Shown here piece after piece: positions 1 through 11,289 of a stretch of 64,000 nt of DNA (positions within the stretch are counted from its first letter, which is position 1; the number at the start of each line of letters is the position of its first letter). A model generated the notes under the pieces. It made no database searches and was not told the DNA's origin. It saw only the letters and a list, made by a program, of their open reading frames with translations. The stretch comes from Chiloscyllium plagiosum (taxonomy: Eukaryota). The position numbers and the translations under genes were made by a program. The stretch covers positions 62,870,085 to 62,934,084 of the forward strand of contig NC_057719.1 of the NCBI RefSeq assembly GCF_004010195.1. Direction: 5' to 3'.

Positions 1-3000
1 AGGTGAAAATCAGAACTCAAGGTGTTTCCACTTTAACAAGCTGAGACATCTTTGTTCAGAATACTGGAAGTTGAAAGGGGAACATGTAGAACTTTTAAGA
101 ATTTGCAAGCATGAGCCTGAAAAGGACACTCAGAAGAAAAAGGTCGTCAATCAGATTGTAGCTTTAACTCCAACTCAGCGACTGAAGACAAATGCTGTTT
201 CAAGTGTGAAAGAAATACACAAGGTCACTGAGAAGGGTTCCTGTCAAAGGCAGAATCTAATTTCATAACTGTTCTAAGAAATACAGGTGCTACTCAAACT
301 TTCTTGCTGGAGAAGAATTTTGTTTTCCCTCCAGAAAGTTCAGTGAAAGCCCAAGTGTTGGCACATGGGATAAGTGGAGAGTCCATCCCAGTCCCATTGT
401 TGTCTGGACTAATGGTAGTCAGGGTAGTTCAGAAGTTACCTCTGGATGGAGTCGAGTTACTTCTGGTCACGGCTTTGCCTATAATCACAGAAAGCCCAGT
501 GAGGCTACACAGACAGAACAGCTGCAGGGGTAGGTTCTGGGTATTTTTCCATCATGTGTGGTGTCCAGGGCAATGGGGAAACAAAGTCCATCGCCAAATG
601 TCGCATTAATACCACAAGCAGCTGTTCAAGTAGAATGAAGATTGTTCAAAAGAGATGGTTAGTATGTCGTCTTTAGTTGAGACTCTGATCCAGAGTTAAC
701 AAAGTTAGCAAAGCCAGCTCACATTGAAGCTGAGTCTGAAAAGGTTCCAGAGTGCTATTTTTATCAAAAGCAGAGTTTTGATGAGGAAGTGGAGACATCT
801 TCACAGACCTGCAGATGAAGAACGGATGGTTGTTCATCAAATAGTGCTATCGGCCAGATATCATACGGAAATATTGTGAGTAGCACATTAAGTTCCTACA
901 GCAGCCATATAGGAATATGGAAAACACTGTCATCAATAAATAAGCACACAACCAAGATGCCATAAAGTTGTGCAGTTCCGTAACACACGTCAGAAATGTT
1001 AGATGCTAGGAAAACATCAATATGTAATCAGCCCAATACTTTAGATACCTGTATGAGTTTTTGAAGAACTATTTAATAGTGTGTTAGTGGATTGTGTTGG
1101 ACCATTACCAAAATGAAAGCAGGACATCAGTACAAATTATGGACGTGATGACCTGCTTCCCAGAGATTTTATTTAAAAATGATTTCTGTGAGGGTATGAA
1201 TGGTCGACTAAGGTGTCATCTGATATAAATTTCTAACTTAATGTCCAAAACTTTTCATCAGCAGTTTGGAAGTGAAACAATTGAAATGAACTGTGTGTTA
1301 ACCACAAACACAGAGAGCTTTGGAGAGTCCCATCAGATTCTGAAAACTATGGTTATGGCATCCTGTCACAAGATTAGACTTTATTGTTTGCAACCTGAGA
1401 TTCTCCAAATGAATTATGGGATTCAGCCAATTTGAAATGGTTTATGGCCATGAATTTAGATAAATGGATCAGAGAGAAATTCTTAAATGAGGATCAAGAA
1501 TTTACAATGCTGGATTATGTGTCCATGTTTCTAGAAAGACTCATAACAGCATGTAGGATAGCACAGGAACAACTGAAATTTCACAGCAAAAATGAAAGCA
1601 TGTTCAGGTAAACATTCAGCAATGAATGTGTTTCAGGTGGGAGATGAAATATTGGTATTGTTGCCTTTACCAAGGTGACTCTTTGTAAAAAGAAATGTTC
1701 AGTGGTTCAGATAAAATAGCTAGGAGGGTTAGTAAAGTAACCTATCTGATAAATAGTTCTAATCATAGAAAGAAGAATCAGTTACGCCACCTAAACATGC
1801 TGAAAAGATATTATCACAGGGAAGATGGTAAGGAGGAACAAGTGTGTCACATAATAAGAGTGGTGGAAAATGACTGAGATAATGAGAGTGAGGTAGAAGG
1901 AGAGGTAGACAGTTCTTAAAGTGAACTTCCTGCAATTCAACTCACTCGCGTGAAAATGTTAAACAGTCTTTTCATATTTAGGGAAAGGACAACAGGAAGA
2001 TCTTGTAAGACTCCTGAGAAAGTAAGTGGTATTCTATGAGGATGTTCCTAGGTGTTTGACGTCAGATAGACATGATGTGAATAGAGGATAGTCAGGACCA
2101 ATAAAACAATATCCTTATCGGCTGAGCCCAGAGAAACAAGTTCAAGTCAAGACAGAGATGCAGTACATGCTAGAAAAACACTGCATTGAATATAGACAAA
2201 TCAGCTGGAATTCATCAGTAGTATTGGTTCTGAAACTGGATGGATCAACTAGACATATAGATTATAGAATGGTGAGTACGGTCACAAAGACAGATTTGTC
2301 CCCAATTCCACAGTAGGAAGATCGCATTGATAGATTTGGCAGTGCCTCGTTCCTTGCTCAGATCGATCTATTGAAATGCAAGGGCCATTAATATCAAGGG
2401 CTAAAAAATGTCTGCTCTTGACACATCAAATGTGTCAAACCAATGTTGTCTGATGCCCTTTGTGTTAAAGAGCACAGCGGCTACATTCCAGAATATGAAT
2501 CAAACTGGAGTTTGTAACTACGTAATCTTTCAGATTATGTTGTAATTTATAATAGCATTTGGGAAGAGCATTTAAGACAAATTGAAAACCTGTTTAAGCA
2601 ATTATGCTTGGCTGGGTTAGTGATAAATTTAACAAAAAGTGAATTTGCAAAAGCAAGAGTGACTTATGCAGGACATGTGGTTGGACAAGGATAGCGAAAA
2701 TGAAGGATAAAATAGAATTTCTGGTTCCTGAAACTAAGAAAGTGTAGGATTTTTAGGAATGTGTGAATTTTATTGGAAATTTGTGCACAATTTCTGTATG
2801 ATAGCTATACAATTAACAATTTTGCCTTGAGGAGCTGAAGTTAATCTTAATAAATGAACCAACATTTGGAGGTGTGGTTTAGTCTGGTCCATTACAAAAA
2901 AACAGTAAGAAAAGTAATACTTCACCATGGGCAGAGACTTTGAGATTGTTGCCAGCTTTTCAGCTCTTTGATGTCTACATTTTTACAGGGAAACAAGGAA

Positions 3001-3165
3001 ACTCTAGTTTATACTGAACATAATCCATGAGCATTCAATGAAAAGATTAAAAGTCAGAATGTGAGACTTATTCAGATACAGCCTTTTATTGCAACCATTT
3101 AAAGTAAAAAAAAACTGTCCTTATTAATGAAAAAGGTAATATGATTGTGGATACATTATCCTGAA
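1..3165 (+). mobile_element. Decayed Ty3/Gypsy LTR retrotransposon internal region, Gmr1-like order (protease-integrase-RT-RNase H)
   Basis: Manual translation across stops/frameshifts: ITVLRNTGATQTFLL (protease D(T/S)G-like, ~265-309); MRKWRHLHRPADEERMVVHQIVL (integrase Zn-binding region, from 781); VLVDCVGPLP (integrase core, 1081-1110); ORF 1695-1877 FSGSDKI..HLNMLKRY (GPY/F-type C-terminus); PIKQYPYRLSPEK..WNSSVVLV..DYR..DRIDRFGSASFLAQIDLLK (RT, ~2098-2380); DYVVIYNSIWEEHL (~2534-2575); GNMIVDTLS* (RNase H end, ~3135-3164). Confidence 0.9.
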
Positions 3166-3336
3166 AGTAAAATGTCAGATTCAGTTAAAATTTAGGAAAT
3201 TTCAAGCCTTGTCAGCTTGTATAAGGGGAAAAAGAAGAATGAATGGATCTAAGTCTAATATTGTTTTTCTATATTACATGTTTATAGTGAAACACATTTT
3301 CAAAATGGTGTTTCATTTTACTCAGTGATGGAGGCA

Positions 3337-4169
3337 TGTAAGAACTGTGTCTTTTTATTTGTGTCTTAAAAAACTGTAGACTGTAAGGAGAAAGGCCTAT
3401 TTTTAAAAACAAGGATTTCACAGCAAGGAATTCGATACTTGTTGTGAACTCTGTATTTTGTGACTATGGGACCTTGCAATGTGCAGTTCATAAGGAACCA
3501 AGGAGTTGCTTCAAAGTGAAGCTGATTGGTTATCAGCTAACTGAGCAGGTTGCAACTGGTAACGAGTTCCAGAGAGAAAGAGAGCGAGACAGAAAAGTGT
3601 GTTGTTGTTGGCAGAAGCTGGCTGTTCTGTGCAGTAAAACATTAGTTTAGACCATTTGCCCTTCTTGCAACACTTGCTTAGTTGTGACTTTTGAATTGAT
3701 AAATCAGAGACATTTTCCAAGTGAATCAGTCACTCTATTTCTTTCAAACCGCTGGAACCGGAGAAAGACAACCAAATACCAAGGGCCTAGCTGATGACCT
3801 CAACATCAAAAACAGGTAGCAAAGGTATTAAACTGACATTCCATTTCTTTTTGATCTCCACCAGCAATCTAGTTTTTCTATTTGTTTCTCTGTTTGTTTG
3901 TCTCGAAGGGGGATATATAAGGGGATTCAAGTTTCACTTCGTAGTATTATACGTCAATGATTTTTATCTGTTTACTGAAAGTTATAGTACAATTGCTTTC
4001 TAGAAATTTCTTATTTAGTACAGACACCTGTGCTTTTTTTAACAGTCTTGGTCTGAAAGTCAGGTAAATTGGGGCATTGTTCATATCTTTTAAAAAACTT
4101 TAACATTTAGTATGACCCCAGGAATATTGTGTCACAGTTTACGGCACACTACCCCGATAGGTCATAACT
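3337..4169 (+). mobile_element. Probable 3' LTR of the Gmr1-like element
   Basis: Starts TGTAAGAAC just after purine-rich GATGGAGGCA (PPT-like) downstream of RNase H; ends GGTCATAACT, resembling a mutated ...TAACA LTR end. No 5' LTR in the window for comparison. Confidence 0.55.
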
Positions 4170-4439
4170 GTACCGAGGTAATAAAATGAGGGTTAACGGA
4201 GACAAGACGAAAGGTGATATCTGATATTGTATTAAAATCACAAAAAGAATGATGAGACAAGGCAATGCAGGGCAGTAAAGAAACTATAATGGGGCATCCA
4301 GAGGATGTAGGAATGGTAATTGAGGAATCAGCAACAGCATCTACTGTCTGAGAAAAAGTTAGGGAATCCAAAGTTGAGGCTGTAAAGTTGCAAGGTGCAA
4401 ACTTGTAAGATGTGTTTCTGAAATTTCTGTGGAGCTTCA

Positions 4440-4740
4440 TTCTTGTAAGAGGCCATGGACAGACATGTCAAAGTTCACGTGAGAATTAAAATCACAAGCA
4501 CTGAAAACATGGTCATTGATGTGAATTGAATAGAGGTGTTCAACACAGCCAACTCTCAAGCTGTATTTGGTCTCCTCAACGTAATCTAGACCACACCGTG
4601 AATAACAAATGCAGTTTACTGTCTGTCACAAGTACAAGTAAATTGTTGCTTCACTCAGAGAGGAGTGTTTGAGTAATGGGAAAGGAGGAGAAGAAAGGGT
4701 AAGTGTTGCATCAGTTAATGCACATGCACAGCTTACACTT
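4440..4740 (-). mobile_element. Penelope-like element remnant (GIY-YIG endonuclease region)
   Basis: Minus strand, one frameshift: VKQQFTCTC..VNCICYSRCGLDYVEETKYSLRVGCVEHLY, matching the PLE pattern FTC-S-NLVYCI-C--CGL-YIGET---L--R--EH. Confidence 0.75.
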
Positions 4741-4984
4741 CGACCTTGGAATAAAAATTGTATGGAGTAATGAAAGAACTTATTTGGAATATTAGCAACA
4801 AGCCCGGAAACTCAGATTCGTGTTCCAGCAGTCAAAGGCCCTGGAAAATGCTAATCCCAGTAGACAATCATTGCCAATGATACCAATGATGTCTTGACCA
4901 TGTTCATTGGATGGTTGAAGGCTATATACCCAAAGAACTGGCAAATAGGCCACACCCCATTGGACAGCTTTTTAATTTAGGAAA

Positions 4985-5320
4985 TTTAGCAGCTGATGTA
5001 CATTTGACAAATTCCAACAGCAACACAGTGACAGTAAGTAATAAATGTTTTTTATTTGGGGATATTGACTGAAGGATAAATATTGGGCAGGACACTTGTG
5101 TAACTTCATGTTGCCCTCAGATGGATTTTTTTACATCCATGAAAGCAGGCAGATGAGGTCTCCATTTAAATATTTCATTCAAAGTTTGGCACTTGTGACA
5201 GTGTCGCCCTTCCCCAGTACTGTACTGGAGTATCAGCTTTCAGTTTTGTGCTGCTGCCTTGGAGAGATTTGAACCTGGAAACTTACAATCCAGAAGTGAG
5301 TATTCTATGGCTGCCACATT
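4985..5320 (-). mobile_element. Deu-domain SINE (SacSINE1/AmnSINE1-like), degraded
   Basis: Reverse-complement similarity to the plus-strand copy at 46670-47005; tRNA B-box-like TTTGAACC near 5268. Confidence 0.65.
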
Positions 5321-5339
5321 TATTTTATGTTTTCAATAA

Positions 5340-5600
5340 AGGTGTGTCATTGGCTCGGCCAGCATTTATTGCTTATCCCTCACAGCACTGGAGGAAGTGA
5401 TGTTGAGCTGCCTTCTTGAACTACTGCAGTTCTGGCAGTGTAGGGACACACTCCGTGCTTTTAGGGAGGGAGTTCTGGGATTTTCACCCAGCAGCAGTGA
5501 AAAGACGGTGATGTATTTCCAAATCGGGATGGAGTGTGGTTTGGAAGGGAACTTGCAGGTGGTGATGTTCCCATTATCTTCCGCCCTTGTCCTTTTAAGC
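5340..5600 (-). mobile_element. 3' fragment of second CR1/L2-group LINE family (family B)
   Basis: GGCCAGCATTTATTGC..GATGTATTTCCAAATCGGGATGG..GGAAGGGAACTTGCAGGTGGTG, reverse complement of the 3' region seen at 26600-26842 and 15480-15750. Confidence 0.7.
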
Positions 5601-5782
5601 TTTTTTTAACTTGGGGACACTTTTTTTGTTGTTGTCTTCCTATGATCGTTATCTAAAAGAGTCCTTTCATAAGCTTGGCAAATGAATTTACATGCATTCC
5701 AATTTTTGTGGCTTGCATTATCAAGCAGCACAGTTTTAATTGGAGTAGTCTCAACAGTTAATGTACGTTTCTGCTTTTTTAG

Positions 5783-6112
5783 GTTTGTCGAGTGGCCTAC
5801 GAGATAATGCAGACGTTACACCCGGATGCTTCGGCGAATTTCCGTTCTCTGGATGACATCTATTACTTTGGTGGGCAAAATGCGCACAATCAGATTGCAA
5901 TTTACCCTCACAAACCACAGACTCCAGAAGAAATTGTCCTGGAGCCAGGAGATCTGATTGGTGTAGCGGGCAACCATTGGGATGGTTATTCCAAAGGTAT
6001 CAATCGAAGGAATGGACGAACAGGACTGTACCCGTCTTACAAAGTGAAGGAAAACATTGAGACTATTAAGTACCCAACCTACCCAGAGGCTGACAATGAG
6101 AAGCCACAGTAA
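5783..6112 (+). CDS. FUT8: Alpha-(1,6)-fucosyltransferase, last coding exon (catalytic-domain end plus SH3 domain)
   Basis: Polypyrimidine tract and AG acceptor (TTTCTGCTTTTTTAG, AG at 5781-5782), then phase-0 [86 protein letters not shown], recognisably the vertebrate FUT8 C-terminus. Confidence 0.97.
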   Translation, partial: VCRVAYEIMQTLHPDASANFRSLDDIYYFGGQNAHNQIAIYPHKPQTPEEIVLEPGDLIGVAGNHWDGYSKGINRRNGRTGLYPSYKVKENIETIKYPTYPEADNEKPQ

Positions 6113-6700
6113 CTACAAAGACACTCTACAGCCTTAGTGAATGTATCTTGCCATAGATCTGAAATCCAGCCAACTTGTCATTCAAAACTCTATGGTCTCC
6201 ACAGATGCATCTGTCTCCCTCCATTGTCCTGCTGTTGATCGTGTTTGGTTGTCTGCCATTAATTCACGTAATCCACAGTGACTGACACTGCGCCATTGTG
6301 CAGGTTAGAGCATGAGCAAATGTGTGTTCAATCATGGTGCCTAACACTTTTTGACTTTTAAACCTTCTGAAAGAACCACGCCCAGCATTAGTACTGAGGT
6401 GTTCTGAACTCTGATCTACAAACAGAGGTTGAACATATCAAACACGAGATTTGATCACAAAGACTTAACCTATTCCATGGCCTGTCTGAAGTTCTCACGA
6501 GAAGTGATAGAGTACATTTTCTCCTTTCAAGAGTAGACAAAGGGAGGAAGAGTCCGAATAATCCAGTGCACATCCTCATTTCACAGATTTTTGTAAAAGC
6601 AAGATCATGGACTGAAACTTTAATACATGACGTTTCCAGACATTGTCTTTGATAACAAAAATAAATAAATCGAAATGAAACCAGTTAAGTCGGTGTTTTT
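6113..6700 (+). other. Probable FUT8 3' UTR
   Basis: Repeat-free sequence between the stop codon and the candidate polyA signal. Confidence 0.6.
6660..6669 (+). terminator. Candidate polyadenylation signal (overlapping AATAAA x2)
   Basis: AATAAATAAA followed about 20-70 nt later by GU/U-rich sequence (GTCGGTGTTTTT..TGTTGGGTGTGG). Confidence 0.6.
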
Positions 6701-7329
6701 CATCCTTGTGGCAGCATGTTGGGTGTGGCGATATTTAACTGTAATGATAACATGGAGAATATCTGACCACTTATGGTCCCCAGTATTTCAGCTACACAGT
6801 TTTTAAAAACTATTTGCTGATCAGCTCACATTGATTAGCATTATTATTTTTACCTGTTGTTATTATATTCGTTAAGTCCAACACTATCTGATCGCAAGAT
6901 AAGCCTAGTGTTAAAAATTCAAAGTGAAACGTAAAACTATCGATTGAATCATTTATGGTGGATGCGTTTTATTTTGTATTTCTGTGGCAGAGTCATCATT
7001 CCTTTTGTGTTCTCTCTGTTTTCTGCCAAATCTTCGGATTTAAAAAGGATGCAATGTTAGCCTCAAATCTGCTTTCCTCCATCTTCTGGCTTCTTAGCAT
7101 ACCTAACAACTGATAGTGGTTGTAGGTTTCCATTTATTTGAGCTTGAGCCTTGATAGTGAGTTGACCTGATCACACAGAAGCATAGAAGATAGGAGCAGG
7201 AGGAGACCACCTGTTTCACATTGCATGTGCTAATGTTGACACTGATTTGATTATCCCTATACTTTGTTTATATTCACCTGCTATGCCTCAATATATGCAT
7301 ATCTGTTCTTTAAGTTACTAATACCTTCT

Positions 7330-8695
7330 AGAAACACAGAAGATAGGAGCTGGAGGAGGCCACTTAGTCCTTCGAACCTGCTCTGCCATTCATCATTTTC
7401 GTGGTTGATCGTCCAACTCAATAGCCTAATCCTGCTTTCTCTCCATAACCTTTGATCCCATTCGCCCCAAGTGTTATATCTATCCGCCTCTCGAATACAT
7501 TCAATGTTTTGGTGTCAACTATTTGCTGTGTTAATGAATTCCACAGGCTCACCACTCTTTGTGTGAAGAAATGTCTCCTCATCTTTGTCCTAAATGGTCC
7601 ACCCCCAATCCTCAGACTGTGACCACTCGTTCTGGATGCACCCACCATCGGGAACATCCTCCTTGCATCTATCCTATCTAGACCTGTTGGAATTTTCTAA
7701 GTCTCTTTGAAATCCCCTGGACTTGTCTGAACTCCAACAAAAACAATCCTAACCTAGTCAGTCAATCTCCCCTCATACGTCAGTCCCGCCATCCCTTGAA
7801 TCAGCCTGGTAAACCTTCGCTGCACTCCCTCAAGAGCAAGAGCATCCTTCTTCAGAAAAGGAGACCAAAACTGCACATGATACTCTAGGTGTGCCCTCAC
7901 CAAGGCCCTGTATAACTACAACAACACACCCTGCTCCTGTAATCGAAACCTCTCGCAATGAAGGTCAACATACCATTTGCCTTCTTTACTGCCGGCTGCA
8001 CCTGCATGCTTACCTTCAGCGATTGGTGCACAAGGACACCCTGGTCCCACTGCACACTCCCGTCTCCCAATTTACAGCCATTCAGGTAGTGATTTGCCTT
8101 CTTGTTTTTGTTTCCAAAGTGAATAACCTCACATTTATCCAAATTAAATTGCATCTGCCACTGTTTTCCCCACTCATCCAACCTGTCCAGATTATGTTTA
8201 AGGACCTCTGCATCCTTGTCACACTTCACCCTCCCACCCAACTTGGTATCATCTGCAAACTTTGAGATGTTACATTTTGTTCCCTCATCCAAATCATCCT
8301 AGTACCATACCATACAATGGGGTCCTCGCACCGATCCCTGTGGGACCCCACTAGTTATTGCCTGCCAATTTGAATAGGATCCATTAATTCCTACGCTTTG
8401 TTTCCTTTCTGCCAACCAGTTTACTATCCATCTCAGTACACTGCCCCCAATCCCATATGCTTTAACTTTGCACAATCATCCCTTATGTGCAACTTTTTCA
8501 AACGCTTTCTGCAAGTCCAAATATACCACATCGACTGGCTCCCCCAATCCACATCGACTGGCTCCTACAAGTTACGTCTTCATAGAATTCCAACAGATTT
8601 GTCAGGCATGATTTCCTCTTCATATTTCCACGCTGACTCTGTCTGATTCTGCCACTGCTTTCTGAGTGCTCTGCCATAAAGTCTCATTCAAAACC
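7330..8695 (-). mobile_element. CR1 LINE, 5'-truncated (RT C-terminus plus 3' UTR)
   Basis: ORF 7897-8292 ISKFADDTKLGG..WQMQFNLDKCEVIHFG and ORF 7418-7657 RRHFFTQRVVSLWNSL. Confidence 0.92.
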
Positions 8696-9789
8696 ATTAC
8701 TGCGTACAACTGTAGCACAGCTGAATTGAATATTTTCAGGAGCAGCCAGCTTATCTCCCTTCTATAGCCTAGTTTGACTGATATGTTAATGGTGGAATTT
8801 TTATATTCACCCAGGCTGAGATGAATAATCCAAGCACAGGCACCCAATGCAGGGATGGGCAAGCGGATCAGAGGACCTCCTTGTGAGCCAGCACCTGCTT
8901 GGCCAAAGTGGCCATTAACTGATCCAGGCAGCAGGCCATGGAGGAGATTCATTGTGCCTGACTGTTCTCCTCTGTATCACATCACACTCTGGTAACTGGT
9001 GAGAGGGAACACACAGTGCTCACTGGCACAACAGATATTGGTGGGCACCGCAGGGGCTGGAGTGCATCATCATCCCAGATCATGTTATTTAGATTTGGTA
9101 AGTTTTCATTCACTTTATATAAGTTTCTGTTAACTGTTTGGTTATGTTTTTGTTACAGGTTTTGCACAGTATATTAAGCTGACTTTTGGTTTGCTCTGAA
9201 AGAGTAGTCTGGAGTCAAATGACAGGTTAGCTTGTTGCATTGACTCCAAATGGATCAGTCACTCATTGTCCTGACACATTGAGCCATTTGGAACCTCCAC
9301 GTTTATATGTAATCTGTGCAGGTAACCCATGATATTGAGATGGTTCATTGTTGAATAGTGAAAAGACCACATATGGCACTGCAGTTGTGAAACTTGTGAC
9401 GATAACCTGCCCCTGTATAGCCAGTACAGATTCTAATTCCTGTAACCAGGAACCAACTGAGTTACCCTTTGATACAGGAATGTTGCAGACTGGAAGATGC
9501 CTTTGAGTTTCCAGCTCCAGGTCAAAAGAGAAGACAATAACAATTTCAACTGGATATTTTCCCTATCTTTCCTTTTAATGTTTTCCACATTTCGAACTAA
9601 GACTCTCCAACTTGAATGTTTGCAATGACTAATTTCCCGCAGTATCACTCACAAAGTGTTTATGCTGCAAAATATGGAACATAATAATAGACCCACTGTT
9701 TGCAGTCATTGAATAAACCCAAAGGCATAGTTTGCGGAGTATTTTAACGAGTGTGCTATTTTTGTGTTTAAATTCCACTATTATGTAAA

Positions 9790-10050
9790 TATAGGCTTTT
9801 ACAGCTCAGAAGGGAGCCATTTAGGCCTTTGTATCTGTACGAGCTTTTGGAAGATCTCTCCTGTTTATCCCTCATCTCTGATACCAATCTAGTGAATCTC
9901 ATCTGTACCCAATATAGGGCCTTGAAATCCTTTCTAAACTGCAATTCCCAGAATTATTAGTTAGCTGAAGCCTAACTAATAATTTATAAAGATTTCACAT
10001 AATTTTCTGGCATTTGTATTCTATGCTTCTCTTAGTCTAGCCAAGTACTT
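9790..10050 (-). mobile_element. Old degraded CR1 3' fragment
   Basis: Diverged match to CR1 reverse strand (TACCAATCTAGTGAATCTC..CCCAGAATT..CCTAACTAAT). Confidence 0.45.
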
Positions 10051-10750
10051 CAGGTGCATATACACTGGATTAACTGTATCAATTGGGGATGACAGCTCTT
10101 TTCAAGGGCAATTAGGGACGAGGAGCAAAAGCTGACCCAGCCAGCAATGTTCACATCCCGTGAAAGAGCAAGGAAACTAGATCACATCTGTTTTATGAGT
10201 CATTTTGTCAATTTGCCCTGCACCTTCAACTATTTCCATATTAAACACCCAACTCATTCTGTGCCTGCATCCCCTTCAACATTGGTACTTATTTTATATT
10301 GCCACAGTCATTCATCCTTGCAAAATGTATTGCTTCACCTTTCTATGCATTAAATCCTGCAGTCACTATTTCCCCTCCAGCTTCACTACTTTTCTGTGTT
10401 GTATGAAAATGTTTGAAAAAACACGCATCTGCAGCCTTCGTTATTGTTCAAGGTTTGTTATGTAGTTCATCTTCTTTTTTCTTTGCCTGTTTTTAAAGCT
10501 CTGCTTGAAGAATATGATGGTAGTGATGATGGTCCCTGTTAAGGTGAGTAGGGACTAGGAACTGTATACAACTGTAGTTGACATTCAGTCACCTCTGCAA
10601 ATTGGTGGTGTTGTTGGGTCTGAGCAACTGGCAGAAGTGGGGATCATGTGTTGCACAGACGAGTTGCTGAAAATGGGAACATTGTGAAGGTGCTGAGGCA
10701 GATGAAGGAACACAAAGATACGGTAAAATTAGGTGAGAACTACTTGGACA

Positions 10751-10962
10751 TTACTACTGTTGGTGATTTAACCTGAGGGTCAACACACCTCTGGCGAGGG
10801 GAGGTTGAGAAAGAGGGTCACCTTGTTGGGAGTCAGCTAGCTTAGTTGGCTAGATGGCTGATTTGCAGTGCAGACTGATGCCAACAGCGTGGGTTCAAGT
10901 TCCTGCACCAGCTGTGGCTATCATCATCAGTCATCTTTTTCTAGTGAGAGAGCAGTCCTACA
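10751..10962. mobile_element. tRNA-derived SINE pieces (same family as 17075-17275): inverted middle segment plus plus-strand head/tail
   Basis: 10830-10962 GCTAGCTTAGTTGG..GGGTTCAAGTTCC..GAGAGCAGTCC matches the 17075 copy; 10751-10822 is the reverse complement of that copy's middle (CTCAACCT..CCCCTC..GACC). Confidence 0.65.
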
Positions 10963-11289
10963 AGTGAAGTGATAGGGATAGACAAGTGCATTTTGTTGTT
11001 TTCAGTTATAAGAAAGCAATAGTGAAGCAGTTTTGTGATGGTCATTTCTTATTGCCTTAAAAATACACCAGTGCTTTGATCCACAATTCATCTTAGGCCA
11101 CTAGAGTGCTGAACTGTTCCCCAAAGGTTAACAAAAATGTTCATGGGGTTACATTTGAGTATCTAGTGCATACAGCAGAGGTTCTCTTTCTCATGATCCA
11201 TGGTTCACAATATCCTGGTGTGCAGAACTGGTGCACTCACTGCCCAACATGGAATCTCTGTGCAGCAAGATCTTTTAATTGTCACCATT

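Noticed and set aside
5792..6112. ORF-track 106-aa ORF as a standalone gene or processed pseudogene
   Set aside because: The GTG start is internal; FUT8 homology begins at 5783 right after a canonical splice acceptor, so it is a terminal exon.
8790..9100. Harbinger-type MITE starting GGTGGAATTTT
   Set aside because: No matching second terminal inverted repeat could be located.
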